DNA from: Sminthopsis crassicaudata
Taxonomy: Eukaryota
Assembly: GCF_048593235.1 (NCBI RefSeq)
Contig: NC_133619.1
Span: 64,370,454 to 64,434,453 of the forward strand
Direction: 5' to 3'
DNA length: 64,000 bases
Positions within the stretch are counted from its first letter, which is position 1; each line of letters opens with the position of its first letter. The notes beneath the pieces are model-generated. The model was given only the letters and a program-made list of their open reading frames with translations. It was not told the origin of the DNA and did not search any database. The translations under genes were made by a program, and so were the position numbers. This document shows positions 1 to 10,620 of this stretch, one piece after another.

Positions 1-196
1 AGCTTTTGCGTCAGGAAGAAGTGGGTGCTGATACATACTGGCTGGTATGAACCCCCCTTAAAGCTCCAGATGGCTCTAAGACCATAAATTCCTGGTAAGG
101 GACCTGTCCGCATGGTAGAGAGGGTTTATTTCCCTTACAGTTCCATAGGCTAATAAAATCTGACATCTGATTTGTATCTTTATCCATGTTATTTAG

Positions 197-247
197 ATAA
201 TGGCCAGTTCTCCAGCTACTTGGCCCCAAGGGAGGAGATGGCAAGGC
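197..247 (+). CDS. Candidate 51-nt exon, product unidentified (NGQFSSYLAPREEMAR or IMASSPATWPQGRRWQG)
   Basis: Acceptor tctttatccatgttatttag and donor GGC|gtgaga; two of three frames open; no recognisable homology. Confidence 0.2.
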
Positions 248-719
248 GTGAGAGGAGCAGAATTCTTGTTCTGTTTCTGATACCAACTGGGTGGCCTTGA
301 GGGTCTCATTACTGCCCTAGGAATGAGTTTACTCATCTGTAAACTGAAGGTGTTGAAATAGATGAATTCTGAGATTTCTTCCAGGGCTAATCATGAGATC
401 TTAAGTGGTTTGTAGATCTAAGCCAATACGCAATCTGCAGAGTCCTTTTGTATGGCATAGTGGTCCCCATTTCTGTTTGTTTAATACCACGGGGATAGAG
501 AGTTTCAGGTACATAAGATATCTTTTTAAAAAGTGAACCCAGTGTTAGATTCACTATCCATCAAAATACGCTCTTTACTCTGATCAGAATACTCCTAGAC
601 AAGTTCTTTTTTTGGGGGGTTCACTTTTGGGGGTAACATTTTAAAATAGACTTTGACAAACATTTAGAGGACACATTCCAGGGTTAATGACATGTCTGGA
701 AATCGTGTCACATGAGGAA

Positions 720-905
720 CAATCGAATACTTTAGAGAGATACATAGAGGCAAGGGTTGGCCATACAGTACAACTCGATGTAAAAAAGGTAGGGAGTTTT
801 CCATTTCTAGAAGTGTTCAGACAGAATATAGATGAGTCTGGGTCAGGAAGGTCTGTGTTTGGTGGGCGATTAGATCTTTCAGCATATAGCTATTCATGGA
901 GTTTT
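720..905 (+). mobile_element. Degraded CR1/L3 LINE 3' fragment
   Basis: aggtagggagttttccatttctagaagtgttcagacag resembles the CR1/L3 3' end (ggtagtgagttccccatcactggaggtgttcaagcag). Confidence 0.55.
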
Positions 906-1026
906 GCTCTTCATCCCAGGATTTGAGTGAGTAAGAAGACTGAGGGCATCTTACCACCCCAGTCTGAAGATGCTGCTGTTGCTGATAGATGTACCCTTTT
1001 CCCACCATGACTGATAATTCAGAATA

Positions 1027-1378
1027 CTAGCCATAACTGTTAAGGGTTGGGCTTTGGAGATGGATGAAAGCTCTCAAGTCCTTCATGCTCCATGCTCCCT
1101 CCCTCCTTTCCTTCCTCCCCCAGCTTTTGAAAACTCTGGAGGAGAGCTGGGCAGCCGGAAGTTGTAGAAGAAAACAAGCTCCCTGACTGATATCCATCTG
1201 CTCGGCGCCCATTTCCAGACCACAGTGCTTGGGGAAGGCTGCCCGGCTGCCTTGGGCTTTTAGGAGATTTAAAAGACCATTTGGGGATATCGGGACAGGA
1301 TGTCTGATGTCTGAGCCCTGTGCCCCTGCCCTTGCTCCCTTCCCTGACTCCCCAAAGTGGTTAGATTCCCTGAGGAAT
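1027..1378 (-). CDS. Candidate terminal exon on minus strand (FLRESNHF...NSYG*), product unidentified
   Basis: Acceptor tctaactccctaccttcctttcccag with a ctaac branch motif; 352 nt open to the stop; CpGs retained; no homology recognised; conflicts with the plus-strand model. Confidence 0.18.
1124..1167 (+). CDS. Candidate terminal coding segment (FENSGGELGSRKL*), product unidentified
   Basis: Long pyrimidine tract ending cccccag at 1123; phase-compatible with 197-247; no homology recognised. Confidence 0.2.
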
Positions 1379-1659
1379 CTGGGAAAGGAAGGTAGGGAGT
1401 TAGACCCCAACTTAACCCCCTGCCAGATTCCAAATGGACCATTTTATCATTAGAGCAATCTGACAGACACATTCAATCTTAGATATGTGGTTTGTGGCTT
1501 GTTCAGGATATTGGGACCACAGGGACAAGGAGAAGGGATGGAAGCTTTTAAAGAAAACAGTAGGAGAGCTGGAAGGTGAGGGAGAGGTGAATTAGCATAA
1601 GAATGTTAGGGATGATGAAGATCTAAACCTCAATTTTGCAGGAGGGATCTTTCCCTCCA

Positions 1660-1842
1660 GCATACATGCTGGAAGACATCTTGATCTACCTCCTTCCTTT
1701 CTTCCCATTTGCACATCTGGACCCAGAAAAGGCTTCTAAGAATATTACAGAAGATCCCCAGGGATATCAGAATATCAGACTTCCTATGTTCAGTGTTCAG
1801 GGGGAGACCATAGCAATAAAGGAAGGAGAAAGGAGCAGATAG
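1660..1842. repeat. Copy 1 of a diverged local duplicate pair (copy 2 at 2704-2884)
   Basis: Hand alignment is colinear, roughly 70% identical, with shared blocks ctacct, acccaga, acagaag, cagacttcctat, agggggag, aaggaagg. Confidence 0.8.
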
Positions 1843-2399
1843 GGACCTTTTCCTAGAGCCTCATCCTCTTTATGTATAAAGAATAGAGTAGATGACTTCT
1901 GAAATGAAAATAAAATAAAACAAAAACAAAAACCAGTTCTGGGAAAAGGAAATTACTTACCCGAGATCACAGTGTGTAAATTAATAAGTGGCAGAACTAG
2001 GACTAAACCCCAGGGCATCAAATCACTGGTCTAGATCTAGAAGACATCTTAGAGACTGTGGACGACCTTACTCACCAATGAGAAAACTGAGACTTGCCTG
2101 AGACTACACGAGTATTAAACATCAAAGGCAAGATTTGAATCCATGTCTTTTGACTCCAGAACCTGGCTCGTTGACTTCCAGTCCAATATTCTTTTGGCCA
2201 CGTCACTATATGTGACTGATTTTGGAGAATGGTCCTGAGGACATAGAACATCTATTCACTTATGAACACCTTAGCTGCATATCTGCTTGGGGTGTAAGGG
2301 TAAGAGAGTGAGAAAAGAGATTGTGTGGACTTAGGGGAAGGTGGGGGAGAAAAGGAAGCAAACATAGACTCTTGAGTTTTTCTTTGTTAGTATTTCCAT

Positions 2400-2630
2400 A
2401 GAGCATGACAGTAATAGCTGGTATTTATATAGGCTTTGAGTTTGCAAAAAACTTTCCAGACCTTATTTCATTTGATTCTCACAACAATCTTGGGAGATGG
2501 GTGTGATTATTGTTACTATTACCATTTTACAGAGAAGGAAAAATAATGTAATTTGAGGGTCACACAGCTAATATATGTTTGAGTCAGGATTCAAATCCAA
2601 GTCTTCCTGATTCAAAGACTAGCTTTCTAC
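2400..2630 (-). mobile_element. MIR-family CORE-SINE
   Basis: ttctcacaacaatcttgggag, ccattttacagagaagg, gggtcacacagcta, ggattcaaatccaagtcttcctga. Confidence 0.75.
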
Positions 2631-2703
2631 CCACTCAGGCAGTTTAGGGTCTCCCTAATTTCCATGTAGAATGGCCTCTTTTCCAGGCCAGTCCAACAGA
2701 CAG

Positions 2704-2884
2704 GCATGTATGATGAAAGGTATCTTAGACTACCTTCTTCCTTCCTTGCCGTTCCCACACCTGACACCCAGAGAGATTCCCAAGGACATCACAGAAGGTC
2801 TCTGGGTTATCAGGACACAGACTTCCTATACCTAGTGTTTAGGGGGAGCCTTTGTCGATTAAGGAAGGGAAAAGAGGCAGACAG
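2704..2884. repeat. Copy 2 of the diverged local duplicate pair
   Basis: See 1660-1842. Confidence 0.8.
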
Positions 2885-3559
2885 CAACTAGTTCTCTCAT
2901 TTATGTTTCCTATTAACTCCTTATCTATCATATCCCCTTCCATCTTTTCTTCTCAGGCCTCCATTTCCAATCCCATCCCATCCTTCCCTCAGTGACTATC
3001 TGGGCTTATGTTTTCATGAGACTGTGGCATTCCCAAATGACCTTTTTCATCTCCCCTTATCTATGCTTCCAAAACTCTTTAGATCATGTCTCATTTTTAA
3101 CTCCTTCCCTTTAGTTTCAGAGGATGAGAAAGCTCTTCATTTCTAGTCTTTCAGTTTTGTCCTTGGTTTTATTCTCTTCCAGGGAGTTTGTTCTATCAAT
3201 CATTCTGTCCCTCTCTGTCTTTATCTATTTTTGTCACTGTCTTTGCCTCTGTGTCTTTCCCCATCCCTGTTTTCATTCTTTTGCTTCTGTCTACAATTCT
3301 ACTAAGGTCATCCAAATCCTAAAATAATGTTTCTTTGACCTTGCTGCCTTTCAAGCTATTATTTTATTTTTGGAGGAATTTGGAGAAAGTATGTGAACTC
3401 CTTGAGATCAAAAGCTGTTTTTGCCTTTATTTGTATCCTTGGTGCTTAGCCAGTTCCTAACACTTAAGTCTTTAACTAATTCTTATTGAATAAGTGACTT
3501 CCTATTGATTTAATTAAATAAATATTATTAAGTAGTACTCCAGTAGATTCAGTGATCAG

Positions 3560-3960
3560 TGACTTAACCTATCTTATTACTGCAGATGACTTCCAAATCT
3601 ATAGATCCACCTAAACTTTTCTCCTGAGTGCCAGACTTGGATTTCTCACTGCTTCTTGGACATCTTGTAACTCATTGTGTCCAACAGATATCATCTCTTT
3701 CTTCCCCTTCCCCTTTCTCCTACAAAAACCCTTAGCCCTTTTCCTAAGTTTCTTTTTTTTTTTTTGATGGTATCACTATATTCCCAGGTACCCAGTTTTG
3801 AAACTTTATTTTTGACTTCTTTCTCTTCCTCTTATTTCATATTCAATCAGTTGTTAAGTTCTATACATTCTACATTCACAAGGACTCTTGTATCTATCCT
3901 TTTGTTTCTGCTACTTTCATCCCTAAAAATTCTCTCTTGGAATATATAATAGACTTCTAT
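3560..3960 (+). mobile_element. L2 LINE fragment
   Basis: gcagatgacttccaaatctata, ctcctgagtgccagact, ggacatc, tcaatcagttgttaagttct are typical of the L2 ORF2 3' region. Confidence 0.7.
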
Positions 3961-4067
3961 TTGAACTCCTTGTCTCCATTATGTCCTTTTCCACTCCCTT
4001 AAAAATGTTATTGATGATTCTCCTCCCCCAAGTCAATTATGGATATATCATTTCCTTTCCCCTAAGT
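3894..4067 (+). repeat. Source copy of a 174-bp segment duplicated at 6125-6281
   Basis: Direct comparison: identical except for a 17-nt deletion in the second copy. Confidence 0.95.
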
Positions 4068-4069
4068 AC

Positions 4070-4800
4070 TTTTTTTTTGTTGTTAAAAAAAAGATTAACT
4101 TTAAAGAAAAAAAAATCCAACACAGTGATTATATCAGATGGTATATTTCATCTGTATAATTCCCAAACTATTTAACTGTCTCAGACACCAAACTGCATTA
4201 TGAAAGATATTTAGAATATATCTTCCTTTTAGTTTGTTTTTATTTATTTTACTGAGGTTTTGTGTATATTGTTCTCCTGGTTTTGTTCACTTTAGTCTGT
4301 ATCAGTTCATATGAGTTTTTTCATGATTCTCTGAATTTCTCATGTTTATAATTTCTTATAGCATAATACCATTGCATTATATTCATACATCACAACTTGT
4401 TCAATCATTCCTTAGTTGATGAATACTCCCTTTGTTTCCAGTTCTTTGATACAGAAAGAGTGCTTTCCCACAGCCTCTTCAGCATTGAGTAATTTTTTTT
4501 CATCTTTGCCAATTTTTTGGATTGATGTAAAATACTCATGGTTATTTTAACTTTAATTTCTTTTATTATTTGTTATTTGGAACATTTTTATGTGGTCATT
4601 AGTAGTTTGAAATTCTGTTGAAATCTTTTCGTATCCTTTGACTCCTTATTTATTGGGTGAATTGGCTTTCTCCAACGCCTTCTTCCATTAGCTATAAAAT
4701 CAGTCTTACTAATTAAATACAGATGGTATAGATCTACCATATTATTTACTTGTTCAAAAATTTTTAGAGTCATCATTGCCTATACCATAAAATACAACAC
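4070..4800 (-). mobile_element. Old L1 3' fragment
   Basis: cacaacttgttcaatcattcc, ccctttgtttccagttctttg, gttattttaactttaatttc match antisense L1 ORF2 end and 3' UTR. Confidence 0.75.
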
Positions 4801-5719
4801 TCTTTAAGGCTTTTTTGTCACTTTATTTTGCCATAAGCCCCTTCATTATATTTGATCTAAGTAAGTTTAATTACTTGCTTCTTTCCTAAATTATCTTTCC
4901 TCTTCTACCCCATACATTCACAAATATCCCTAAATCCCAATCCCAAGCATGGAATAGATTCTTCCACGTTTACTATTTCTGTAACTTTGTCTTCTCTAAG
5001 CCTCTCAGTTTAGGAATCGCATATCCCTGACTTTCTCTAGTTCCCTATCTCCCAAATAGAAATGATTTTTCTTTGTTTAAATCTCTCATACTACTGTAAT
5101 AATTTAGTATGTTCTTCAGTATATTGTAACTTGCATTATTATCCACTGTGCCACCTAGCTGCCCCTCTGCAGTTCTTTTTAATGAAAATTTTATTAAGAA
5201 GGAATAAACTGGAAACCACACAGGAGGGTTGGAAATCTTAAAATTTTTTTTTCTGACAGTGAAGGGTGTGTTATGGTAATAGGCAAGTAAGAGAGACTGA
5301 GGTATTTCTTTTTTTAAAAATTAATATTCCCTCCCAAACAGCTAAGATTTCACCGGGGAAAAGACTGTTATTGTTAATCGATACCTCCCTCTACCGGCCA
5401 TAACAGTAATTTCATTCTCTATCAGATTTATGAAGTAGATCCATGCTCACCTAAGCAAGGTCAACTTTCCAGAGGCTCAAGAAAGGCATTTAATTTAGCG
5501 CTGATAGGAATTAATTAATTGGACATTTGGAGGAAGATTTTTTTGCTTATTAAAAGTCCAAGAAAAGGGGAGGGACCCTCCTCTACCACTGACATCATCA
5601 GTCATGGTCTTCTGGCCAGATGGAGAACGTCCAAAGGCTGTCGGGAACATGTCTGTCTAGGGAGCCCTTTGCCTAAAGACCTCTGGAGTTGGGCGTTACA
5701 AAGGTTAGTTGACCTAGCT

Positions 5720-6030
5720 GATGATCTTTTCTCAGCCCTCATCCTATTGGACCTTTATGCAGCATTTTAAATTGGATATTTTCCCCCCATAGGTTTCCAT
5801 GAAGCTGCTCTTTTAGCTTCCCTCTTACCTGTCTGGCTTCTCCTAAGTCTCTTCTGCTGGATCATCGTCCACATCTCTCTCTTAATTACAGATGTCCCTT
5901 GAGCCTCTTCTACTTCTCCTTATATATTTCTCAGTGAATTCATAAGCTCTTATAGATTCGATGATCATCTCAATGCAGATGACTCCTAGATCTCTCTCTA
6001 TTTTAACCTAGTCTCTTGTGTTATCAACTT
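5720..6030 (+). mobile_element. L2 LINE ORF2 remnant
   Basis: ttctcagccctcatcctattggacctttatgcagcattt translates FSALILLDLYAAF (L2 RT motif LILLDLSAAFD); gcagatgactcc follows. Confidence 0.75.
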
Positions 6031-6826
6031 TCTATTGGATGTAAATACACATAAAGATAGTTTTCAACATTCATTTCTCTTTTTGAAGCAGTTGGGATTA
6101 AGTGACTTGCCCAGGGTCACACAGCTATCCTTTTGTTTCTGCTACTTTCATCCCTAAAAATTCTCTCTTGGAATATATAATAGACTTCTATTTGAACTCC
6201 TTTTCCACTCCCTTAAAAATGTTATTGATGATTCTCCTCCCCCAAGTCAATTATGGATATATCATTTCCTTTCCCCTAAGTGCCGTCTAACTGTCCTTTC
6301 AATATTCATTTGTATAAGACTTTATGTTCCAAATTTTTCTCTCTCTTCCCTTCCCTCCCCCTTGCCAAGACAGAAAGTAATCCGAGATAGGTTAAACATG
6401 TGCAATTCTTTTAAACATATTTCCATATTTGTCATGTTGTACAAGAAAAATCAGACCCAAAGGGGAAAAAAGACCATGAGAATGAAAAAAAAAACAAACA
6501 TAAACAAAAAGGTGAAAATACTAGGCTTCAATCAATATTCAATCTCTATAGTTCTCTTTCTGGATATGGAGGAGAGTTACCATTCCAAGTCTATTGGAAT
6601 TGCTTTAAACCACTGCATTGTTGAGAAGAGCCAAATCCATCACAGTTGGTCATCACATAATTGTTGCTGCATACAGCGTTCTATTGGTTTTACTCAGTTC
6701 ACTTAGCAGCAGTTCATTTAAGTCTTTCCAGACTTTTCTGAAATAAGCCTGTTCATCATTTCTTATAGAAATATAATATCCCATTACATTCATATACTAT
6801 AACTTAGCCATTCCACAATTAATGAC
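6030..6826 (-). mobile_element. Marsupial L1 3' UTR fragment interrupted by a WSINE1 at 6077-6296
   Basis: tttcaacattcattt, gttccaaatttttctc, gtacaagaaaaatcagacc, ttccaagtctattgg are antisense L1 3' UTR motifs. Confidence 0.8.
6077..6296 (-). mobile_element. WSINE1-type SINE whose centre is replaced by a local 157-bp copy
   Basis: SINE 3' part gggattaagtgacttgcccagggtcacacagcta, head remnant gtgccgtctaactgtcc, 15-bp TSD tttcaa[c/t]attcattt (6062-6076, 6297-6311). Confidence 0.8.
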
Positions 6827-6841
6827 CATGGTGTTATTCTT

Positions 6842-7011
6842 TTTTTTATTATAGCTTTTTATTTACCGGATATATGCATGGGTAATTTTTCAGCATTGAC
6901 AACTGCAAAACCTTTTGTTCCAACTTTTCCCCTCCTTCCCCCGATGGCAGGCTGACCAATACATGTTAAATATGTTAAAGGATAAGTTAAATACGATATA
7001 TGTCTACATGT
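6842..7011 (-). mobile_element. 5'-truncated L1 insertion with perfect 15-bp TSD
   Basis: TSD catggtgttattctt at 6827-6841 and 7012-7026; T-tract on the left; L1 3' end ttatagctttttattt...gcatgggtaatt. Confidence 0.9.
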
Positions 7012-7026
7012 CATGGTGTTATTCTT

Positions 7027-7320
7027 AATCTACAAGTGTGATCACATCATTCCTCTGCTCAAGAAATTGAATTCACCCACTATTACTCACTGCTAGAATA
7101 AAGTACAAACTACTCTGACTTTTAAAGCCCCTCACAATCTGGATTTATCTTATCTTTCTATGTTTTTCTCATGCATTCTACACTCTGGTCTGGCTTCCTT
7201 TTTATTACCGGTATGGAACATTCTAGTTTCTATCTTTGTGTCTCTTTTCATTTTATTCACAGCTTGTGACACTGTGTAGGCAATTAATAATTTTTTTTAA
7301 AATAAATGACTGAATGAAAG
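7027..7320 (+). mobile_element. L2 3' end
   Basis: gtgatcacatcattcctctgctcaa, ttttaaagcccctcacaatctgg, ataaatgactgaatgaa tail. Confidence 0.7.
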
Positions 7321-7539
7321 GATTAGAAAGGACCTCAGCAACTGCCTGCTTTCTTCTCTTCCTTAGGTGTTCCATATGTGGGATCCATGATCTTGGATGG
7401 AAAAAAATCATTATTTGTATTATTTTTAATAACCTATAATTGAAATTCAGTGAACTCAACTTATTCTTCAGAGAAGGGTTCTATAGGTTTTAGTGGAAGA
7501 CCAGAGGGGTCCATAACATAAAGAAAATGTGAAGTATCC

Positions 7540-7865
7540 TTTCCTGCTTTAAGCAAATGCTGCTCTTTTCTGCAAACCCATCAGTGCTAATCGAAGCTTT
7601 GCTTGAAGACCTCCAGTGAGGGAGAGCTCACCCCTTCCAGGGACCTGCCTTCCATGTTTGTGCAGCTCCAATTGTTAAGAAATTTGTTTTTTACACTGAG
7701 AGAAACCTCCCACTCTTATTTCTGCTATCCAGGTCCAAGCAGGACAACCTTGATCTCTCTTCTATCAGATAATCCTTCAAGAGTTAAAAGACAGCTCTCA
7801 TTCCTCCTGGTTTTCTCTTCTCCAAGCTAGACATCCCCTCTTCCTTCAGCTCTCCATTTGTTTAG
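7540..7865 (-). mobile_element. CR1/L3 LINE 3' fragment
   Basis: ttgaagacctccagtgagggagagctcacc and ttctcttctccaagctagacatcccc are antisense CR1 3' motifs. Confidence 0.8.
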
Positions 7866-7869
7866 TCTT

Positions 7870-8093
7870 TTCTGAATCTTTGTGACCCTGTTTGGGGTTT
7901 TCTTGGAGGGATACTGGAATGGTTTACCATTTCCTTCTCCAGCCCACTTTACAGATGAGGAAACTGAGGCAAGCAGAGTAAGTGACTTGCCCACGGTCAC
8001 ACTGCTAGGAAGTCTGAGATCAAATTGAACTCTGTTAGAAGTCTTGCTGATTCCAGGTCCATCACTCTTATCCAGTGCTGCCACCTAGTGGCT
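7870..8093 (-). mobile_element. MAR1-type CORE-SINE
   Basis: BovB-like tail (gtgaccc...ttggggttttcttgg...gatactggaatggtttaccatttccttctccag), CORE block and tRNA-like head. Confidence 0.85.
8077..8093 (-). promoter_or_regulatory. Consensus CTCF motif within the MAR1 head
   Basis: Reverse complement AGCCACTAGGTGGCAGC fits CCASYAGRKGGCRS; binding not shown. Confidence 0.6.
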
Positions 8094-8769
8094 TTTTAAT
8101 TCCTCATATAACATCATGCTTTAGCTTACCAATATTTGGTGCTGTGAAGTGCATGCAATATACTGGAAATGGTCTGCCTCAGACAAAGTATGATCAGGGT
8201 CTTAATGTTATGACTTTCTTTACGTAGCCAAAGATCACAATCGTTTGATCAAACTTTGACTCATATGGAACTTGCAATATTTAAAAAAAATGTCCTGGTC
8301 TCTTCATCTTTGAGTTGATTGTGGATGATCATCCCTGAGATTAGATAGCGACACCTTACTATCTCGTGCTTGGGATTCCAATTTTTTAGAACCCAAGTGT
8401 AAAGTGAAGGGATAATACTAACTAAATAAATAAATAATAGTGATAGGAGGAGGAGAAGTAACAGCATTTATATATGAAACTCTAATATTGTAAAGCCTTT
8501 TGCAGATATTATTTCATTTTATCCACAATGACCTTGTGAGGTAGGTACTATATCTCCATTTTAGAGCAAGGAAATTAAGACAGATCTACCCAAGATCTCA
8601 TAGCAAGTAAATAAATGTCTTTCTAACTTCGGGTACAGCTCTGTACCTACTCTATCACCTAGCTGAAAGACAAAAGAACTCTGATAATGCAATGAAAACC
8701 TGTGATGTGGGGGGCACCTCAATCTGCTACCCACTCCTGATGGACAGATGCAGAAGGAGACAAGGTTAT

Positions 8770-9600
8770 CCTATGGTAAGTAGGGAACAACTGGAGAGTT
8801 TTTTTTGAATGGTAGAGTGACATGGTTAATTCTGCCTTTAAGGAAAATCACTTTTGTAGCAGTGTATAGAGTAGACTACTGTGGGTCGGCACTTGAAGTA
8901 GGAAGAAGATATTGCAATAGTCCAGGTGAGAGATGAGAGCCTGAACTGATGTTGTTGCTGAATAAGTAGAAAGGGATCAAATGTGAGAGATGTTAGAGAT
9001 ATTGTAGAGATAGAAATAGCAAGATCTGGCAGTGGGTTGTGAACCTGGGAGACTAGAAGAAATGTGGTGTTTTGGACTGAAACAGAGACTTTTAAAGAGG
9101 GGTTGGTAGGTGGGATAATAGGATGCTGGGCCTGGAGTCAGGAAGACTTATTTTTCTGAGTTCAAATATATCCTCAGGTACTTACTAGCTGTGTGACTCT
9201 GGGCAAGTCTTTTAGCTCTGCCTGCCTCAGTTTCCTCATTTGTAAAATGATCTGGAGAAGGAAATGGCAAATCATTCCAATATCTTTGCCAAGATAGCCC
9301 CAAATGGGGTTACAAAGTGTCTGAAATGACTAAGAGATAATGATTTATGTTTTGGACATATTGGGATTGAGATGTCCCAAGATAATTGTTTTAGAATGTC
9401 TAAGAGTTAAATGGTGATTGATGAGGAACTGAAGCCCAGAGACAGAGTGAGCTTGGATATATAAACCAGTGAATCATGTGCATAGAGATGATAATTAAAC
9501 ACCAAGAGAAAGAATAAAACAGGACACAGGGCAGAGTCATAAAATAAAAGGGCAAAGAATAAAATAGGACTCCACATAGGTTCACAAACAACAAAAGAAA
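8770..9600 (-). mobile_element. L2 fragment interrupted by MAR1 at about 9105-9332
   Basis: agagtgacatggtt...aaggaaaatcactt...ttgcaatagtccaggtgagagatgagagcctgaact. Confidence 0.7.
9105..9332 (+). mobile_element. MAR1-type CORE-SINE
   Basis: gggcctggagtcaggaagac, ctcagtttcctcatttgtaaaatgatctggagaaggaaatggcaaa...ccaaatgggg. Confidence 0.85.
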
Positions 9601-9934
9601 GGAAATGCACCAATATAACATCTCTATTTTGTTTCTTGCTTTAAATTTAACTCTGCAGGACTGGAGGTCCTGATTTGTGGAGATAAATGTTAGGAATAGA
9701 CTTAAAACTCTGTGTGAATGAGACCTGATTCTCTATGGATACACCAGAAATTTTGTAATTTCTCTGACATTTCTAGAAATTGTGAAGATCCCTTAGTGTT
9801 CCCTCCACTGAATTGTTGTCACTGATTTTTCCCCCCCAAGCTCAGTATACAAAAGTTTTCATATCCAAGCTCCATTCAATTTTGACAAGTAGGAACGATT
9901 CCTTCAACAACTTCTGTCAAACTTTTCAGGTAGT

Positions 9935-10160
9935 TACTGTTCAGTCATTTCAATTATATCTGACTCCTTGTGACCCCATTTGGGGTTTTCTTGGCAAAGA
10001 TACTGGTGTAGTTTGCCATTTACTTCTCTGACTCATTTTTACAGATGAGGAAACTGAGGCAGAGTCACACAGCTAGTAAGTGTCTGAGACTAGATTTGAA
10101 CTTAGGAAGCTGAGTTTCCTGAAATTGGGTCTGGCCTTTTTTCTGCTGCACCCCTCAGCT
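9935..10160 (-). mobile_element. MAR1-type CORE-SINE
   Basis: gttcagtcatttc...gtgaccccatttggggttttcttggcaaagatactgg...acagatgaggaaactgaggca. Confidence 0.85.
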
Positions 10161-10374
10161 GCTCTTCCCCTTAACTAAGTCACTTCCATACTCTGAGTCC
10201 AAGTTTCTTTCTCTCTAATACACGGGGGTTGGACTTCCATGATACCTGAGGTACCTGTGAATATACTTTGGTTCTTCCAAAGAAAGCAAGAAGAAACGAC
10301 GCTACTTAATGGAAAGAAGTTACACAAATTAAAAGTTCTGAACTATGTGAAGAATATCCCTAGTAGAAGAAAAT

Positions 10375-10620
10375 ATGGAAATAAACATTTATTAAGCCCT
10401 TACTGTGTGCCAGGTACTGTGCTAGATGCTTCATAAATATTATTTCATTCCATTCTCACAACAATCCTGAGAGGTGTCATTATTATAGATGATTAAATTG
10501 AGACAAACAGAAATTAAATGATTTTTCCCAGAGCCCCATAGTCAGTAAGTAATAAAGCCAGATTTGACTCAGATCTTCCTGACTCTAGACCAGCATTCTA
10601 CTCACTGCATTACCAGCTGC
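10375..10620 (-). mobile_element. MIR-family SINE
   Basis: aaacatttattaagcccttactgtgtgccagg, ttctcacaacaatcctgagagg, ttcctgactctag. Confidence 0.75.

Noticed and set aside
824-849. Exon-like NIDESGSG segment with AG and GT borders
   Set aside because: It lies within a CR1/L3 3' remnant, and joining it to 1124 gives an immediate stop
8663-8775. Open 113-nt segment with ATG|gtaagt donor (ERQKNSDNAMKTCDVGG...)
   Set aside because: The donor sits at an L2 boundary, I recognise no homology, and it has no compatible neighbouring exon
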